From the NCBI GenBank assembly GCA_963555755.3, contig OY820905.2, forward strand, positions 1,824,001-1,888,000: a stretch of DNA of 64,000 bases. Reading direction: 5' to 3'. The DNA comes from Nitrospirales bacterium (GTDB lineage: Bacteria; Nitrospirota; Nitrospiria; Nitrospirales; UBA8639). Under the pieces are notes generated by a model. The model worked only from the letters and a program-made list of their open reading frames with translations, was not told the origin of the DNA and ran no database searches. How positions within the stretch are numbered: position 1 is the first letter of the stretch; each line of letters starts with the position of its first letter. The position numbers were made by a program, and so were the translations under genes. Shown one piece after another: positions 20,990 through 31,450 of this stretch.

Positions 20990-23059
20990 CTAAGCCCGAA
21001 CGGCAAGTTCGAGTTGTTGTTTTACAGCAGCCATCACGTGATCAACGGTAAATCCAAAATGTTTGGTCAGATCCTTCAGCGGCGCTGACGATCCAAAGGT
21101 GTGCATGCCAATGCTCGTCCCCGTCAGTCCCACATACCGGCTCCACCCAAAAGTTGTCGCCTGTTCGACCGAGACCCGAGCCGTCACGCCGGGAGGAATG
21201 ACCGAGTCCCGATAGTCTTGACTCTGCTGTTCAAACAATTCCCACGACGGCATACTCACCACACGCGCTTTTATCCCATCCACTTTCAATTGTTCGTAGG
21301 CATCCACGCACAGCGGCACTTCACTTCCGGTAGCCAGCAATAACACTTCAGGCTTGCCATCATCGGCATCAGCCAACACGTAAGCACCCTGAGCGACACC
21401 AAGGGCCGATGCATACAGTGTGCGGTCCAACGTCGGAAGGGCTTGTCGAGTTAAGGCCAGTACCACGGGTTGATGTTGGAGTTGCATGATCACTCGCCAG
21501 GCTTCGACCACTTCATTCGCATCACCGGGTCGAAGGGTGACCAACCCCGGAATGGCTCGCAGAGATGCCAATTGCTCAATGGGTTGATGCGTCGGACCAT
21601 CCTCTCCCACGCCAATGGAATCATGCGTGAACACGTAAATCACCGGGATTTCCATCATAGCTGCGAGACGAATAGACGGCCGGCCGTAGTCACTAAAGAT
21701 CAAAAACCCGGAACCATACGCCCGAACTTTCGACAACGACATACCGCTCATAATCGCGCCCATGGCATGTTCCCGAACACCGAAGTGCAGATTTCGTCCA
21801 CCTGGAGTAGTCGCTTCACAGTCGCCTGCACCATCAAAAGTCAAACGGGTTTTGGTTGAGGGCGCCAGATCCGCGGCCCCGCCCATCAGCCAGGGGACTT
21901 CCTTCGCAATCGCATTGAGGACTTTCCCTGACGATTCCCGTGTGGCTAGACCCTTTTTGTCGGCAGGAAATTCCGTCAACCCTCGAGCCCATCCTTCCGG
22001 GAGTTGTCGATGCTGCATTTTGTACAATTGATCCGCGAGGTCTGGATACTGTGTTGTGTACTCCTGAACCTTCGCCATCCACAACTCTCGATTCGCTTTG
22101 CCTCGCTGTCCCATGCCAGCTTGAAAATGCTGAATGACTTCTTCCGGAACCAAGAACTTGGCGTCTTCGGGCCACCCATAATTTTTCTTGGTCAGGCGAA
22201 TTTCTTCTTCACCCAAAGGCTCACCGTGCGCACCATGAGTGTCCTGTTTATTCGGTGAGCCAAACGCAATATGACTATCAACAATAATCAGAGTGGGCCT
22301 GGTGTTTTCCTCCTGAAACGCACGGAAAGCACCGGACAGTTTTTCTAAATTATTGGCATCGTCAACGTAGGCCACCTTCCATCCATACGCTCGAAAGCGG
22401 GCCCCTACATCTTCACTAAACGCCAACGCCGTCTTTCCCTCAATCGTGATTTTATTGTTGTCATAGATCCAACACAGATTTGACAATTTTAAGTGGGCAG
22501 CCAGTGAGGCCGCTTCACTCGACACGCCCTCCATCATACAGCCATCCCCACACAGGGAATACACATCATAGTTGATGATGTCGAATCCCGGGCGATTAAA
22601 ATACTCGGCCATCCAGCGCTGAGCCATCGCCATCCCAACACTATTCCCCAGGCCCTGCCCAAGCGGCCCCGTCGTGGTTTCGACCCCCGAGATCCAATGG
22701 TATTCAGGATGCCCAGGGCATTTGCTCTCCAATTGCCGAAACCGTTTTATTTCGTCAAGTGGAACTGCCAGATCAATCGTGGCCCCGTATTCATTATTCA
22801 CGGCCTTGACTTGGGATAGATGCAACATGGCATAGAGGAGCATCGAGGCATGGCCGATGGAAAGGACAAATCGATCGCGGTTGGGCCAAATAGGATCATC
22901 AGGATCAAATTGAAGAAATTGATTCCAGAGGCAATAGGTCACAGGCGCCATGGCCATAGGCGTTCCCGGATGACCGGATTTGGCGGCTTGCACGGCATCC
23001 ATGGCCAACGTCCGAATGGTATTGATACTTAATTGTTCGGTAGAAATTTGATCAGCCAC
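20990..23059 (-). CDS. tkt: Transketolase
   Basis: SGHPG, RDRFVLSIGH, TTGPLGQG, GDGCMMEG, THDSIGVGEDGPTHQP. Confidence 0.97.
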   Translation of the reverse strand: MADQISTEQLSINTIRTLAMDAVQAAKSGHPGTPMAMAPVTYCLWNQFLQFDPDDPIWPNRDRFVLSIGHASMLLYAMLHLSQVKAVNNEYGATIDLAVPLDEIKRFRQLESKCPGHPEYHWISGVETTTGPLGQGLGNSVGMAMAQRWMAEYFNRPGFDIINYDVYSLCGDGCMMEGVSSEAASLAAHLKLSNLCWIYDNNKITIEGKTALAFSEDVGARFRAYGWKVAYVDDANNLEKLSGAFRAFQEENTRPTLIIVDSHIAFGSPNKQDTHGAHGEPLGEEEIRLTKKNYGWPEDAKFLVPEEVIQHFQAGMGQRGKANRELWMAKVQEYTTQYPDLADQLYKMQHRQLPEGWARGLTEFPADKKGLATRESSGKVLNAIAKEVPWLMGGAADLAPSTKTRLTFDGAGDCEATTPGGRNLHFGVREHAMGAIMSGMSLSKVRAYGSGFLIFSDYGRPSIRLAAMMEIPVIYVFTHDSIGVGEDGPTHQPIEQLASLRAIPGLVTLRPGDANEVVEAWRVIMQLQHQPVVLALTRQALPTLDRTLYASALGVAQGAYVLADADDGKPEVLLLATGSEVPLCVDAYEQLKVDGIKARVVSMPSWELFEQQSQDYRDSVIPPGVTARVSVEQATTFGWSRYVGLTGTSIGMHTFGSSAPLKDLTKHFGFTVDHVMAAVKQQLELAVRA

Positions 23060-23488
23060 GGTCTCGTCCTTCCGGCAGGAAAACAGATGGTCAAATTTAT
23101 AGAAGCTTTGGGCTCACAATGTTGTGAACACCCCCTTGAACCCCCAAGTACTATACCAAAATCGGTTCTGGCATACAGTACTCGTTCTTGATCTTTACGT
23201 AAAATCCTATCATTTTAATCGGTTTTTCCATACTGAAAATTACAGAAACATACGATCCTACTGAGAAAATTAGTTCAGAATTCGCCCGATTAAGTCCTTT
23301 AGACTGCTTTAAGTGGCTATTTTACCTCTGGAAGGTTTTCAGGGCTTTTCGGCTAAGGATGGGGAAAACCCACTGGAAGGCATATTTTTTGAACCTGCCC
23401 CGTATATCCCCCTGTATATCAATGACTTGCCATACCCTGGTGACAATTGCAAACTCAGCACGCGCCGTCTTATGATGCACCAGAAGAT

Positions 23489-23683
23489 ATGAAAGTCCAC
23501 CTCACTCATCCCCCAAAAGATCTCGACATTCCAGGGCCTACGATTGTTCGACAATTGCTCCAGCAATTGCAACTCACCCCCGAAGCCTACCTTGTGATCC
23601 GTGGCGACGACCTCGTCACTGAGGACGAAGTCTTAAACGATTCCGACTCCATTGAAATTCGATCAGTCATTTCAGGGGGCTAA
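23489..23683 (+). CDS. MoaD/ThiS-like sulfur carrier (TtuB-like)
   Basis: 64-aa ubiquitin-like protein ending VISGG, directly upstream of a TtuA homologue. Confidence 0.85.
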   Translation: MKVHLTHPPKDLDIPGPTIVRQLLQQLQLTPEAYLVIRGDDLVTEDEVLNDSDSIEIRSVISGG

Positions 23684-23692
23684 CCCATTCCC

Positions 23693-24625
23693 ATGCGCTG
23701 CAAGAAATGTCCCCAACGTGCCGCCATCAAATTGCCTCAGCATAATATTTCGTATTGCAAAGACTGCTTTACGGAATTTGTCCACTCCCAAGTTGCCAAA
23801 GCTATAAAAAAGCAAAAGATGTTTACTCCTGAAGACCGCATTCTGGTGGCAGTCTCTGGAGGCAAAGATAGTCTGGCCCTCTGGGCGATCTTGTTGAAAT
23901 TAGGCTACCGTGCCGATGCGCTGTACCTTGATTTGGGCATCGGGAATTATTCCGTTCAGTCTCGGCACAAGGTCGACCATTTCCACGAAACCGTTGCCCA
24001 ACCACGAGGAGCAACGCTTCACATCCATACCCTGGCGGAAAACGAAGGAGCTGGCGTGAAGGAGTTGGCAACGATGATGCATCGCCCCACATGCTCAACC
24101 TGCGGCACGATGAAGCGATATCATTTTAATCGAACGGCCCTTGAAAAAGATTATGATGTCATGGCCACCGGACATAATTTGGATGACGAGGCCGCCAGAC
24201 TGTTGGGAAATGTCTTGCGCTGGCAGACAGAGTTTTTGGATAAGCAATCTCCGACGCTTCCGGCCTCAGTGGAGGGATTCGCCAAAAAAGTCAAACCCTT
24301 GTATCGGTTAACCGAGCGGGAGATGGCCGCCTACGCCGTCATCAATAAGATTTCCTACATCGTGGATGAATGCCCCATGGCCAAGGGCTCCAAGATGTTG
24401 GTGTACAAAGACGTGCTCAATCGATTAGAAACCGAATCTCCGGGAACCAAGCAATCGTTTTATTTGAAATTTCTCGACAAGCAAGCCAAAGAGCAAGCCA
24501 GCACCGGCAGCATCACCTCACACGATCAACAACGCCTCACTCCGTGCCAAACCTGCGGCCAGCCCACCTCCATGGAAGTCTGCACCTACTGCAAAATGAT
24601 GACCAAGGCCAAAACACACGTGTAG
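23693..24625 (+). CDS. ttuA: tRNA 2-thiouridine synthase TtuA/Ncs6-like (TIGR00269)
   Basis: N- and C-terminal Zn fingers, PP-loop SGGKDS, CSTCG, TGHNLDD, ECP. Confidence 0.88.
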   Translation: MRCKKCPQRAAIKLPQHNISYCKDCFTEFVHSQVAKAIKKQKMFTPEDRILVAVSGGKDSLALWAILLKLGYRADALYLDLGIGNYSVQSRHKVDHFHETVAQPRGATLHIHTLAENEGAGVKELATMMHRPTCSTCGTMKRYHFNRTALEKDYDVMATGHNLDDEAARLLGNVLRWQTEFLDKQSPTLPASVEGFAKKVKPLYRLTEREMAAYAVINKISYIVDECPMAKGSKMLVYKDVLNRLETESPGTKQSFYLKFLDKQAKEQASTGSITSHDQQRLTPCQTCGQPTSMEVCTYCKMMTKAKTHV

Positions 24626-24745
24626 TAAGAATTACTCCATCAAGACCCCTCAATAAATTTGAAAGGCTTGGTGCACTTACCACACATCCAGCACATTTGG
24701 ATCAATTGGGAATTAGGGAATAAAATAGGACGGCAGGAGAGTCAA

Positions 24746-25114
24746 TTACTGAGGAAGGTCGATTACCATTTCTTTTCCACCATTCCCGTGGACCGAATCT
24801 CTGGCCCGAATGCGGACTTGCTTGGTTCCTGGTGGAATTTTGAGGTGAGACAGTGAACGAGTGAACGGCTGTTCATGGAGGTGAGGGTGGACCAGTTTTC
24901 GAGTCCCCAGGACCTTGCCATTCATTGAAAGCACTTCCCACAAATCGGCATAGTGCTCCCACCCTTCATCTGCATGCTGAACCGTCACTGTAAACTGACA
25001 CACCAGCCCAACATCACACCTAGCCTGGCCAGCAATAACGTTTGCCTTCCCGGCCCAAGAAAGACTTGGGCTGAACAATAAAATATAGATAACAAACCCC
25101 CAAGGACCCTTCAT
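24746..25114 (-). CDS. conserved hypothetical periplasmic protein
   Basis: Signal peptide; HADEGWEHYAD.W, LVHPH.HEQPFTRS, ARDSVHG His-rich motifs. Confidence 0.75.
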   Translation of the reverse strand: MKGPWGFVIYILLFSPSLSWAGKANVIAGQARCDVGLVCQFTVTVQHADEGWEHYADLWEVLSMNGKVLGTRKLVHPHLHEQPFTRSLSHLKIPPGTKQVRIRARDSVHGNGGKEMVIDLPQ

Positions 25115-25169
25115 ACAATCGCCCATTCCATCGGCATTACCCTTTCTTCAAGTAAACCTAAACACAACT

Positions 25170-25784
25170 TTATTTTCCATATTTAAAAAACCCGTTAAAA
25201 ATCGTTCGCCAAATCTTCTCATTCCTATCCCATTCCTTGGCAGGGCACTCAAAATAAACAATATATACTTGGTCCAATTCATCGAACGATTGAAACACCT
25301 TATGAACTAGGATCGGATACCCCTCGGACCCAGTAAATTTGACGCGGTGGATTTCTTTCTTAAACGATCCAAAATCCATAACGGGATCTACCCTTATGAC
25401 TTCAACGCCTTCCTTTTCTCTTTCCGCTCTTGCCCATGCCAACATAAATTCAGTAGGAGTTGCCCCCGAACGCTTACGAATATTGTCAATAAGGGTGACA
25501 CTTGCACCTGTGCGAAACTTTCCTTCTTTCCGCACATCTTCTTTAGACACGGAACCGGTAAACGACCCATTGGCAGGTGAATGGGTTTCATGCCATTCCA
25601 CCGGACGCAACATGGCATATTTGATTTTAGGAAAAATTGCCCAACGGTATCCTTCAGGAGGAATCGGCAAATCTAACCCTCCGTCTGTATATATTTTTTT
25701 CGGTGAGTTTGAAGACGAAAAATTACAGGCTGTTATGGACCCAAGGAAAATTAAACAAAGAAATAGCAACAAAACCCTTTGCAT
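25170..25784 (-). CDS. hypothetical lipoprotein
   Basis: Lipobox ITAC after a hydrophobic stretch; AT-rich. Confidence 0.7.
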   Translation of the reverse strand: MQRVLLLFLCLIFLGSITACNFSSSNSPKKIYTDGGLDLPIPPEGYRWAIFPKIKYAMLRPVEWHETHSPANGSFTGSVSKEDVRKEGKFRTGASVTLIDNIRKRSGATPTEFMLAWARAEREKEGVEVIRVDPVMDFGSFKKEIHRVKFTGSEGYPILVHKVFQSFDELDQVYIVYFECPAKEWDRNEKIWRTIFNGFFKYGK

Positions 25785-25889
25785 AAATCTAGCCTTTCTT
25801 TTTACAAAAAAACTGACGCGACTTCTTTCTTCGTTAAGTCAGAAACACCTCAAAGATTTCACATTCCGCACCAAGTAAAAAAATCTCTC

Positions 25890-26288
25890 TCACAACTTTT
25901 CTTCTAACTTTTCCAAAATATCATCAGTCCAATCTGTTGCAAAAATATTCCTTTCTACGGCTCTTTTTGAAACGACTTCCACATGCGTTCGATCCTGATT
26001 TACAGCCTGTGTAAAAATCGCAACGTTCTCACCATAACTCAAAATTGTGAGTCCCCTCTGAGCAAGAAAATAACCTTTTTCGCGATTTGCATCGACGAGG
26101 TCTAAACCTAAGTCTGATAGCACTAATGGCATCACAGACCAAATTTTCTCGACAGGGGAATTATATTCCCTTGAAAGCCCTGATCCTTTTCCTCTTAAAG
26201 CATCTCCTAAGGTATGGGTTGCACATCCTGATAGCACCAAAAGAGCAGCTATTAAAAGAGCACACCGCGTTGTAACTTGCAGGTTCAT
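25890..26288 (-). CDS. hypothetical lipoprotein
   Basis: Lipobox LSGC; AT-rich. Confidence 0.75.
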   Translation of the reverse strand: MNLQVTTRCALLIAALLVLSGCATHTLGDALRGKGSGLSREYNSPVEKIWSVMPLVLSDLGLDLVDANREKGYFLAQRGLTILSYGENVAIFTQAVNQDRTHVEVVSKRAVERNIFATDWTDDILEKLEEKL

Positions 26289-26574
26289 AATTTTTCACCT
26301 AATCCTATTCACTCACTTAAGAGGTCCTAAGAATGCAAAAATAAGTATTTAATCTAAGGCAGGTTGGTTTAAGAGGGAGAAAATTTTGTCTTCCTTCTAT
26401 GCGTCTTTGGCCCAGCCGAGACTCCGGCTGCATCCGACTTTTAGGCGAGGACTGTTTGAGTAGAGCGAGTTCCGCAGCCATAGGGATTCAGCCGGGGTCG
26501 CAAGGCACCCGAACGGTTGGGCCAGGACGCGAATGATTTTGGTCATTTTGCCGAAACAAAAGGACTTAAAAAAA

Positions 26575-26967
26575 TCAACTCCCATCATCCTTAAAAATAT
26601 CCTCTAGCTTCTGTTGCAACCTCTCTTGGGTTACCGGTTTGACCAAGTACCCGTCGGCTCCGGCCAGGATCGCTTCCCGGATATGTTTGTGATCGTCATC
26701 GGCTGTGACCATAAGAACCTTCATGGACTTCAGCGATAAATCGGTCTTGACGAATTTGAGTAACTCCATCCCATCCATCTCCGGCATGTGCCAATCGGCT
26801 AATAGCAGGTCGAAGGCTTGCCCTTGTAGTTGCTCTTGTGCCTCCTGGCCATTGACCACAGCCACCACATTGGTGACACCTAATTTATCAAGGAGTAGCA
26901 CGACAAGCTTTCGCCCATCCGGATGATCTTCAGCGACAAGAACGGATTTGTTAGCATACTTTTTCAT
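26575..26967 (-). CDS. CheY-like single-domain response regulator (copy 1)
   Basis: VAEDH, LADWHMPEMDG, MVTA, YLVKP. Confidence 0.92.
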   Translation of the reverse strand: MKKYANKSVLVAEDHPDGRKLVVLLLDKLGVTNVVAVVNGQEAQEQLQGQAFDLLLADWHMPEMDGMELLKFVKTDLSLKSMKVLMVTADDDHKHIREAILAGADGYLVKPVTQERLQQKLEDIFKDDGS

Positions 26968-27025
26968 GATTGGCAAACCCTTTGTTAATGAACGATGGTG
27001 TGGTACGACTGTGTTTTCTATTCCT

Positions 27026-27106
27026 AATGGGGTCAGACTCGATTAAATACGATCATCTCGACTGACTAGGGGCACCGCTCGCCATTTAATCGAGTCTGAC
27101 CCCATT
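27026..27106. repeat. REPIN-like hairpin (GGGGTCAGA REP doublet)
   Basis: Perfect 23-bp inverted repeat AATGGGGTCAGACTCGATTAAAT with a 35-nt spacer. Confidence 0.8.
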
Positions 27107-27270
27107 TAGTCCATTTCGCAGCTCGGTGCCCAGGGTATACGAGCGTCTCAATGGCCACTGCCGCGCGGAAGAAGCAGCATAAGATGCCGCGGCTACACTT
27201 GCAGGGGAACGCAGGGGGAACTCCCCCTGCACCCCCCACTTGCCGGAAAATTATCACATCACTCGAATGA

Positions 27271-27969
27271 TCAAATCACCACCCCCCGCCGGGCACGTCG
27301 CCACCCAATCAGCCCCACTAACCCACTACCCAACAGCACCATCGTACTGGGTTCCGGTACGGGCGAACGCACGGCCCAGCCGAAAAACGAGTTGCCCATG
27401 TCGAAGTAGTTCTTTCTTAAGACATCCTGATAGCCAAAGCGGTGATAGTTGAAGTTCCACGCGAGGTCGGTATCCGGCGCGAACTCCGTACCAGACCAAT
27501 ACCTTCCGGCCTGCACGTTCTCAAACACCCCAGGGGCCGCCGCGGTGATGCCCTCCACATTGAACAAGTGCCCCATCTCACTGCCGGTACAGCCAGTGCC
27601 AAAGCCTAGATAGCCAAAGCCTGGTACTTCACCTTGTTTCTCACAATCCGGATCCGGCTGCGTCGTCGTCGGTAGCCGCCAGTTATTGAACCCTTTGTAA
27701 TTGGCCACATTCATCCCGGCAATCCAACTGTTGGCGGTGTCCCAGAACATGCTTCCATTGTCGGCGATCCCCCCGTCTTTGACGTCTTTGTTCTCTAATC
27801 CAAACAGTTTCGTGTACGCCAAGTTGGCATCTTTGAGCCACGTCACGTTGAGATGGTCGTCGTAGATCAGGCCATTGCCTCGATCGATCAGCGTCGCCCC
27901 CGCCGGGGCCACTGCCACACTGGTCAATAACGCCAAACTCACAACTCCTTTGATCAATAAGGCTTTCAT
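27271..27969 (-). CDS. PEP-CTERM sorted protein with DUF1566/Lcl-like domain
   Basis: Signal peptide, WRLPT, SEMGHLF, YWSGTE; C-terminal PVPEPSTMVLLGSGLVGLIGWRRARR. Confidence 0.9.
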   Translation of the reverse strand: MKALLIKGVVSLALLTSVAVAPAGATLIDRGNGLIYDDHLNVTWLKDANLAYTKLFGLENKDVKDGGIADNGSMFWDTANSWIAGMNVANYKGFNNWRLPTTTQPDPDCEKQGEVPGFGYLGFGTGCTGSEMGHLFNVEGITAAAPGVFENVQAGRYWSGTEFAPDTDLAWNFNYHRFGYQDVLRKNYFDMGNSFFGWAVRSPVPEPSTMVLLGSGLVGLIGWRRARRGVVI

Positions 27970-28507
27970 AGGATTCCCTTCCGTTGAAGTGATAAGTGTA
28001 TAAGATAGGAGCTAAGTATACCTATCCATGGTTGTCGAGTTACCTACTCTGCAAGGGCCACGCCACACACCGAGCCGCCGATTGAAGTGGTGCATTCGAA
28101 CGCGTTCACGAAAAATGTGTGGTGTTGTGTGGTGTTGTTGCGTCACGCATCAAGCGCGGGTGGCACGGCAGGTTTGCCACCACCGTAAAGGGTTCCGACA
28201 CCCGCTGCGCAGGAAGGCGAGGCAACGAGAACCACGGGGCATCATTGACCATGTCCTGAACCTCCTGAACACGAACGAGCCCCGGTGAAACGTGTAAAAT
28301 TTTGTGACAGGTTCTTGAGGGCTTTTGGACGGAGGGGGGAGGGACATACTACCTCATAGGGCTAATTGCCTCTGTTCATGCGGGCTGTCGTGCATCATGG
28401 CGACACCCGCTGCGCAGCTCTCACCGTGGAAAGAATCCCGACATCCCCCAAACGAGGGAGGCCTAGGCTCACATCCCATAGTTCAGATAGCCGAGTTGAT
28501 CAACAAA

Positions 28508-28648
28508 GGGCACCTCTCACAACCAGTCATTTTTTGTGAGGGCAAGGAAGCCGCGCGCGGAAAACCGGCGTGTATGGGCGAATACATGAGGAGTTGAGCA
28601 CGCGGCTGACGCCGCCCTCACGGAAAAGGACGGTTTGTAGAGGTGCCC
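28508..28648. mobile_element. MITE-like element, family C (inverted)
   Basis: Reverse complement of the 2276/7120 element, slightly diverged; no TSD retained. Confidence 0.85.
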
Positions 28649-28758
28649 TACAGTCTTCGGCGGAAATGGTGCTGAGGAGCGATAGCGCATTGGTGGCATA
28701 GGACGGCTGACGCGTAGGGGGATTCTGATGAGCCGCCCGGGATACGCGGAAACCCCTT

Positions 28759-29145
28759 CTATTCATCCTTAAAAATATCTTCTAGCTTCTGTTGCAACCT
28801 CTCTTGTGTGACCGGCTTGATCAAGTACCCGTCGGCTCCGGCCAGGATCGCTTCCCGGATATGTTTGTGATCGTCATCGGCTGTGACCATAAGAACCTTC
28901 AGAGACTTCAGCGAGGAATCGGCCTTGACGGATTTGAGTAACTCCATCCCATCCATCTCCGGCATGTGCCAATCGGCTAATAGCAGGTCGAAGGCTTGCC
29001 CTTGTATCTGCTTCTGTGCCTCCTGGCCATTGACCACGGCCACCACATTGGCGATACCTAATTTATCCAGGAGTCGCACGACAAGCTTTCGCCCATCCGG
29101 ATGATCTTCGGCGACAAGAACGGATTTGTTGGCATATTTCTTCAT
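28759..29145 (-). CDS. CheY-like single-domain response regulator (copy 2)
   Basis: Near-identical paralogue of 26575-26967. Confidence 0.92.
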   Translation of the reverse strand: MKKYANKSVLVAEDHPDGRKLVVRLLDKLGIANVVAVVNGQEAQKQIQGQAFDLLLADWHMPEMDGMELLKSVKADSSLKSLKVLMVTADDDHKHIREAILAGADGYLIKPVTQERLQQKLEDIFKDE

Positions 29146-29204
29146 GTTGGCGGCACCCTTTGTTGATAAACGATGGTGTGGTACGACTGTGTTTTCTATT
29201 CTTA

Positions 29205-29382
29205 GGCCCTGGGAGAAATTAACTTGAACATTTCGCGCCAAGATTTGTGGCAGATTTGGACGGAACGATTGAGAAACACCCGAGGCATAGCACAGCTATG
29301 TTGAGGGTGTTTCGATTGAGGCCTGTTCAAAGGTGGCTCGAAGATTGGATGCGAGATGTTCAAGTTAGTTTCTCCCAGGGCC
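29205..29382. mobile_element. MITE-like element, family D
   Basis: TIR GGCCCTGGGAGAAA(T/C)TAACTTGAACAT; interior matches 5131-5309; flanks TTA/TAA. Confidence 0.88.
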
Positions 29383-29580
29383 TAAAATGCGTGACGAATG
29401 GTACTGTACCCAGTCATAAATTTCCAGAAATACTCTTGTTGGAGAATTGGGTCCAGATTATTCGTTCGCTCCTAACCTGGGACCACCCCAAAATTGACCG
29501 AACCCTATCGACTATGCCACATTCGTTCTTCCTATACAGCAACGCATTAGACGAAGAAATACGATAGTTGGAGGACTGTT

Positions 29581-31254
29581 ATGGCTTTAGATCTCAAGCA
29601 CAAAAGTCGCGATTTAACCGAAGGTCCCGGGCGGGCTCCGGCTCGGGCCATGTTGCGAGCCGTAGGGCTCCGGGATGAGGATTTTTCCAAACCCTTGGTG
29701 GCGGTGGCCAACACGTGGTCCGAAATCACGCCTTGCAATTATCACCTACGTGAAATTGCGCAAAAGGTCAAAGAAGGCATTCGTGAGGCCGGTGGCGTGC
29801 CCATCGAGTTTAACACCGTGGTGGTCTCCGACGGCATCAGCATGGGCACGGAGGGCATGAAAGCCTCGTTGATCAGCCGTGAGGTGGTCGCCGACTCGAT
29901 TGAATTGGTGGTCCGTGGGCATTTGTTTGATGCGGTGGTGGCACTCTCCGGATGCGATAAGACCATTCCCGGCACCGTGATGGCGTTAGCCCGACTGAAT
30001 CTCCCCTCGCTCATGCTCTACGGTGGTTCGATCATGCCGGGAAAATTCCAAGGTCGCGATGTCTCGATTCAGGAAGTGTTTGAGGCGGTTGGGGCCCATG
30101 CTCGCGGCACAATGTCTGACGCGGAACTGCACGATCTGGAAACCCACGCCTGTCCGGGAGCCGGGTCATGCGGTGGCCAGTTTACGGCCAACACCATGTC
30201 CATTGCATTTGAATTTTTGGGCATTTCTCCTATGGGATTTAATGGCGTCCCGGCCTTGGATCCCAAAAAGGAATCGGTCTCTACTCAATGTGGACATTTG
30301 ATTATTGACCTGCTCAAACGCGACCTGCGGCCTAAGCAAATTATCACGCGAGATGCCTTGGAAAATGCCATTGCCGCCGTCGCCTCTACGGGTGGCTCCA
30401 CCAACGCCGTGCTCCATTTCCTAGCGCTCGCACATGAAATCGGGGTAGAACTGAATATGGATGACTTCGATACTATTAACCAGAGGATTCCACTTATCGC
30501 CGATTTAAAACCCGGTGGGCGGTACATGGCTGCTGACCTGTATCAAGCGGGGGGCACCCGCCTGGTAGCCAAACGATTGATTGATGCAGGTCTGCTCAAG
30601 AGCGAGTGCATCACCGTCACTGGACGCACGCTCAAAGAAGAAGCCGAGACTGCGTCAGAGACCTCTGGGCAAAAGGTGCTCTATCGGGTGGAAGAGCCGA
30701 TCAAGCCAACTGGCGGATTGGTGATCTTGCATGGAAATTTGGCGCCTGAAGGATGCGTGGTGAAAGTCGCGGGGAATAAAAAACTGACCCACACCGGACC
30801 GGCTAAGGTGTTTGATCGCGAAGAAGATGCATTTGCCGCCGTCCAGCAAGGCGGCATTGTGGACGGCGATGTGGTGGTTATTCGTTATGAAGGCCCGCAA
30901 GGTGGACCCGGCATGCGAGAAATGCTGGGTGTGACCAGTGCGATTGTGGGCGCGGGGCTTGGGGAAACAGTTGCGCTCCTAACAGACGGCCGATTCTCTG
31001 GCGCGACTCACGGATTGATGGCTGGGCATGTGGCTCCCGAAGCCAGTAAGGGTGGCCCGATCGCCACCGTGCGAACCGGGGATAGGATCACCATGGATAT
31101 CCCATCCCGTCGCTTGGACCTGAATATCACGCAAGAGGAAATGAATACCCGCCTCCAGCAATGGACAGCCCCTCCTCCTAATTATACGAGCGGCGTGTTG
31201 GCTAAATATGCCAAGACCGTATCATCTGCCTCAAAAGGCGCGGTGACCTGGTAA
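29581..31254 (+). CDS. ilvD: Dihydroxy-acid dehydratase
   Basis: [51 protein letters not shown]. Confidence 0.97.
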   Translation: MALDLKHKSRDLTEGPGRAPARAMLRAVGLRDEDFSKPLVAVANTWSEITPCNYHLREIAQKVKEGIREAGGVPIEFNTVVVSDGISMGTEGMKASLISREVVADSIELVVRGHLFDAVVALSGCDKTIPGTVMALARLNLPSLMLYGGSIMPGKFQGRDVSIQEVFEAVGAHARGTMSDAELHDLETHACPGAGSCGGQFTANTMSIAFEFLGISPMGFNGVPALDPKKESVSTQCGHLIIDLLKRDLRPKQIITRDALENAIAAVASTGGSTNAVLHFLALAHEIGVELNMDDFDTINQRIPLIADLKPGGRYMAADLYQAGGTRLVAKRLIDAGLLKSECITVTGRTLKEEAETASETSGQKVLYRVEEPIKPTGGLVILHGNLAPEGCVVKVAGNKKLTHTGPAKVFDREEDAFAAVQQGGIVDGDVVVIRYEGPQGGPGMREMLGVTSAIVGAGLGETVALLTDGRFSGATHGLMAGHVAPEASKGGPIATVRTGDRITMDIPSRRLDLNITQEEMNTRLQQWTAPPPNYTSGVLAKYAKTVSSASKGAVTW

Positions 31255-31450
31255 GGACTCTGGGTTCTCCTGGTTTGAGAGGTAGACTGTTGTCGATAAC
31301 TTGAAAATCCCCCTAACCCCCTTTTCCAAAGGGGGGATCTGAATAATCACCTCCAGGCAGAGCGCCAGGGAATAACAAGATTCAACAGACCTAAAAAAAA
31401 GGCGGGAAAGCTTTTGGCCTTCCCGCCCTACCAAAACATTTTCCACTGAT

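Noticed and set aside
27107..28500. IS or integrase remnants flanking the PEP-CTERM gene
   Set aside because: The GC-rich non-coding flanks look foreign, but I could not identify TIRs or transposase motifs.
28655..28765. Hammerhead-ribozyme-like words (CTGATGAG ... GAAAC)
   Set aside because: The stem II closing G-C pair is absent and no convincing stem I/III with an NUH site forms in any topology I tried. At best it is a degenerate relic; a cmscan would settle it.
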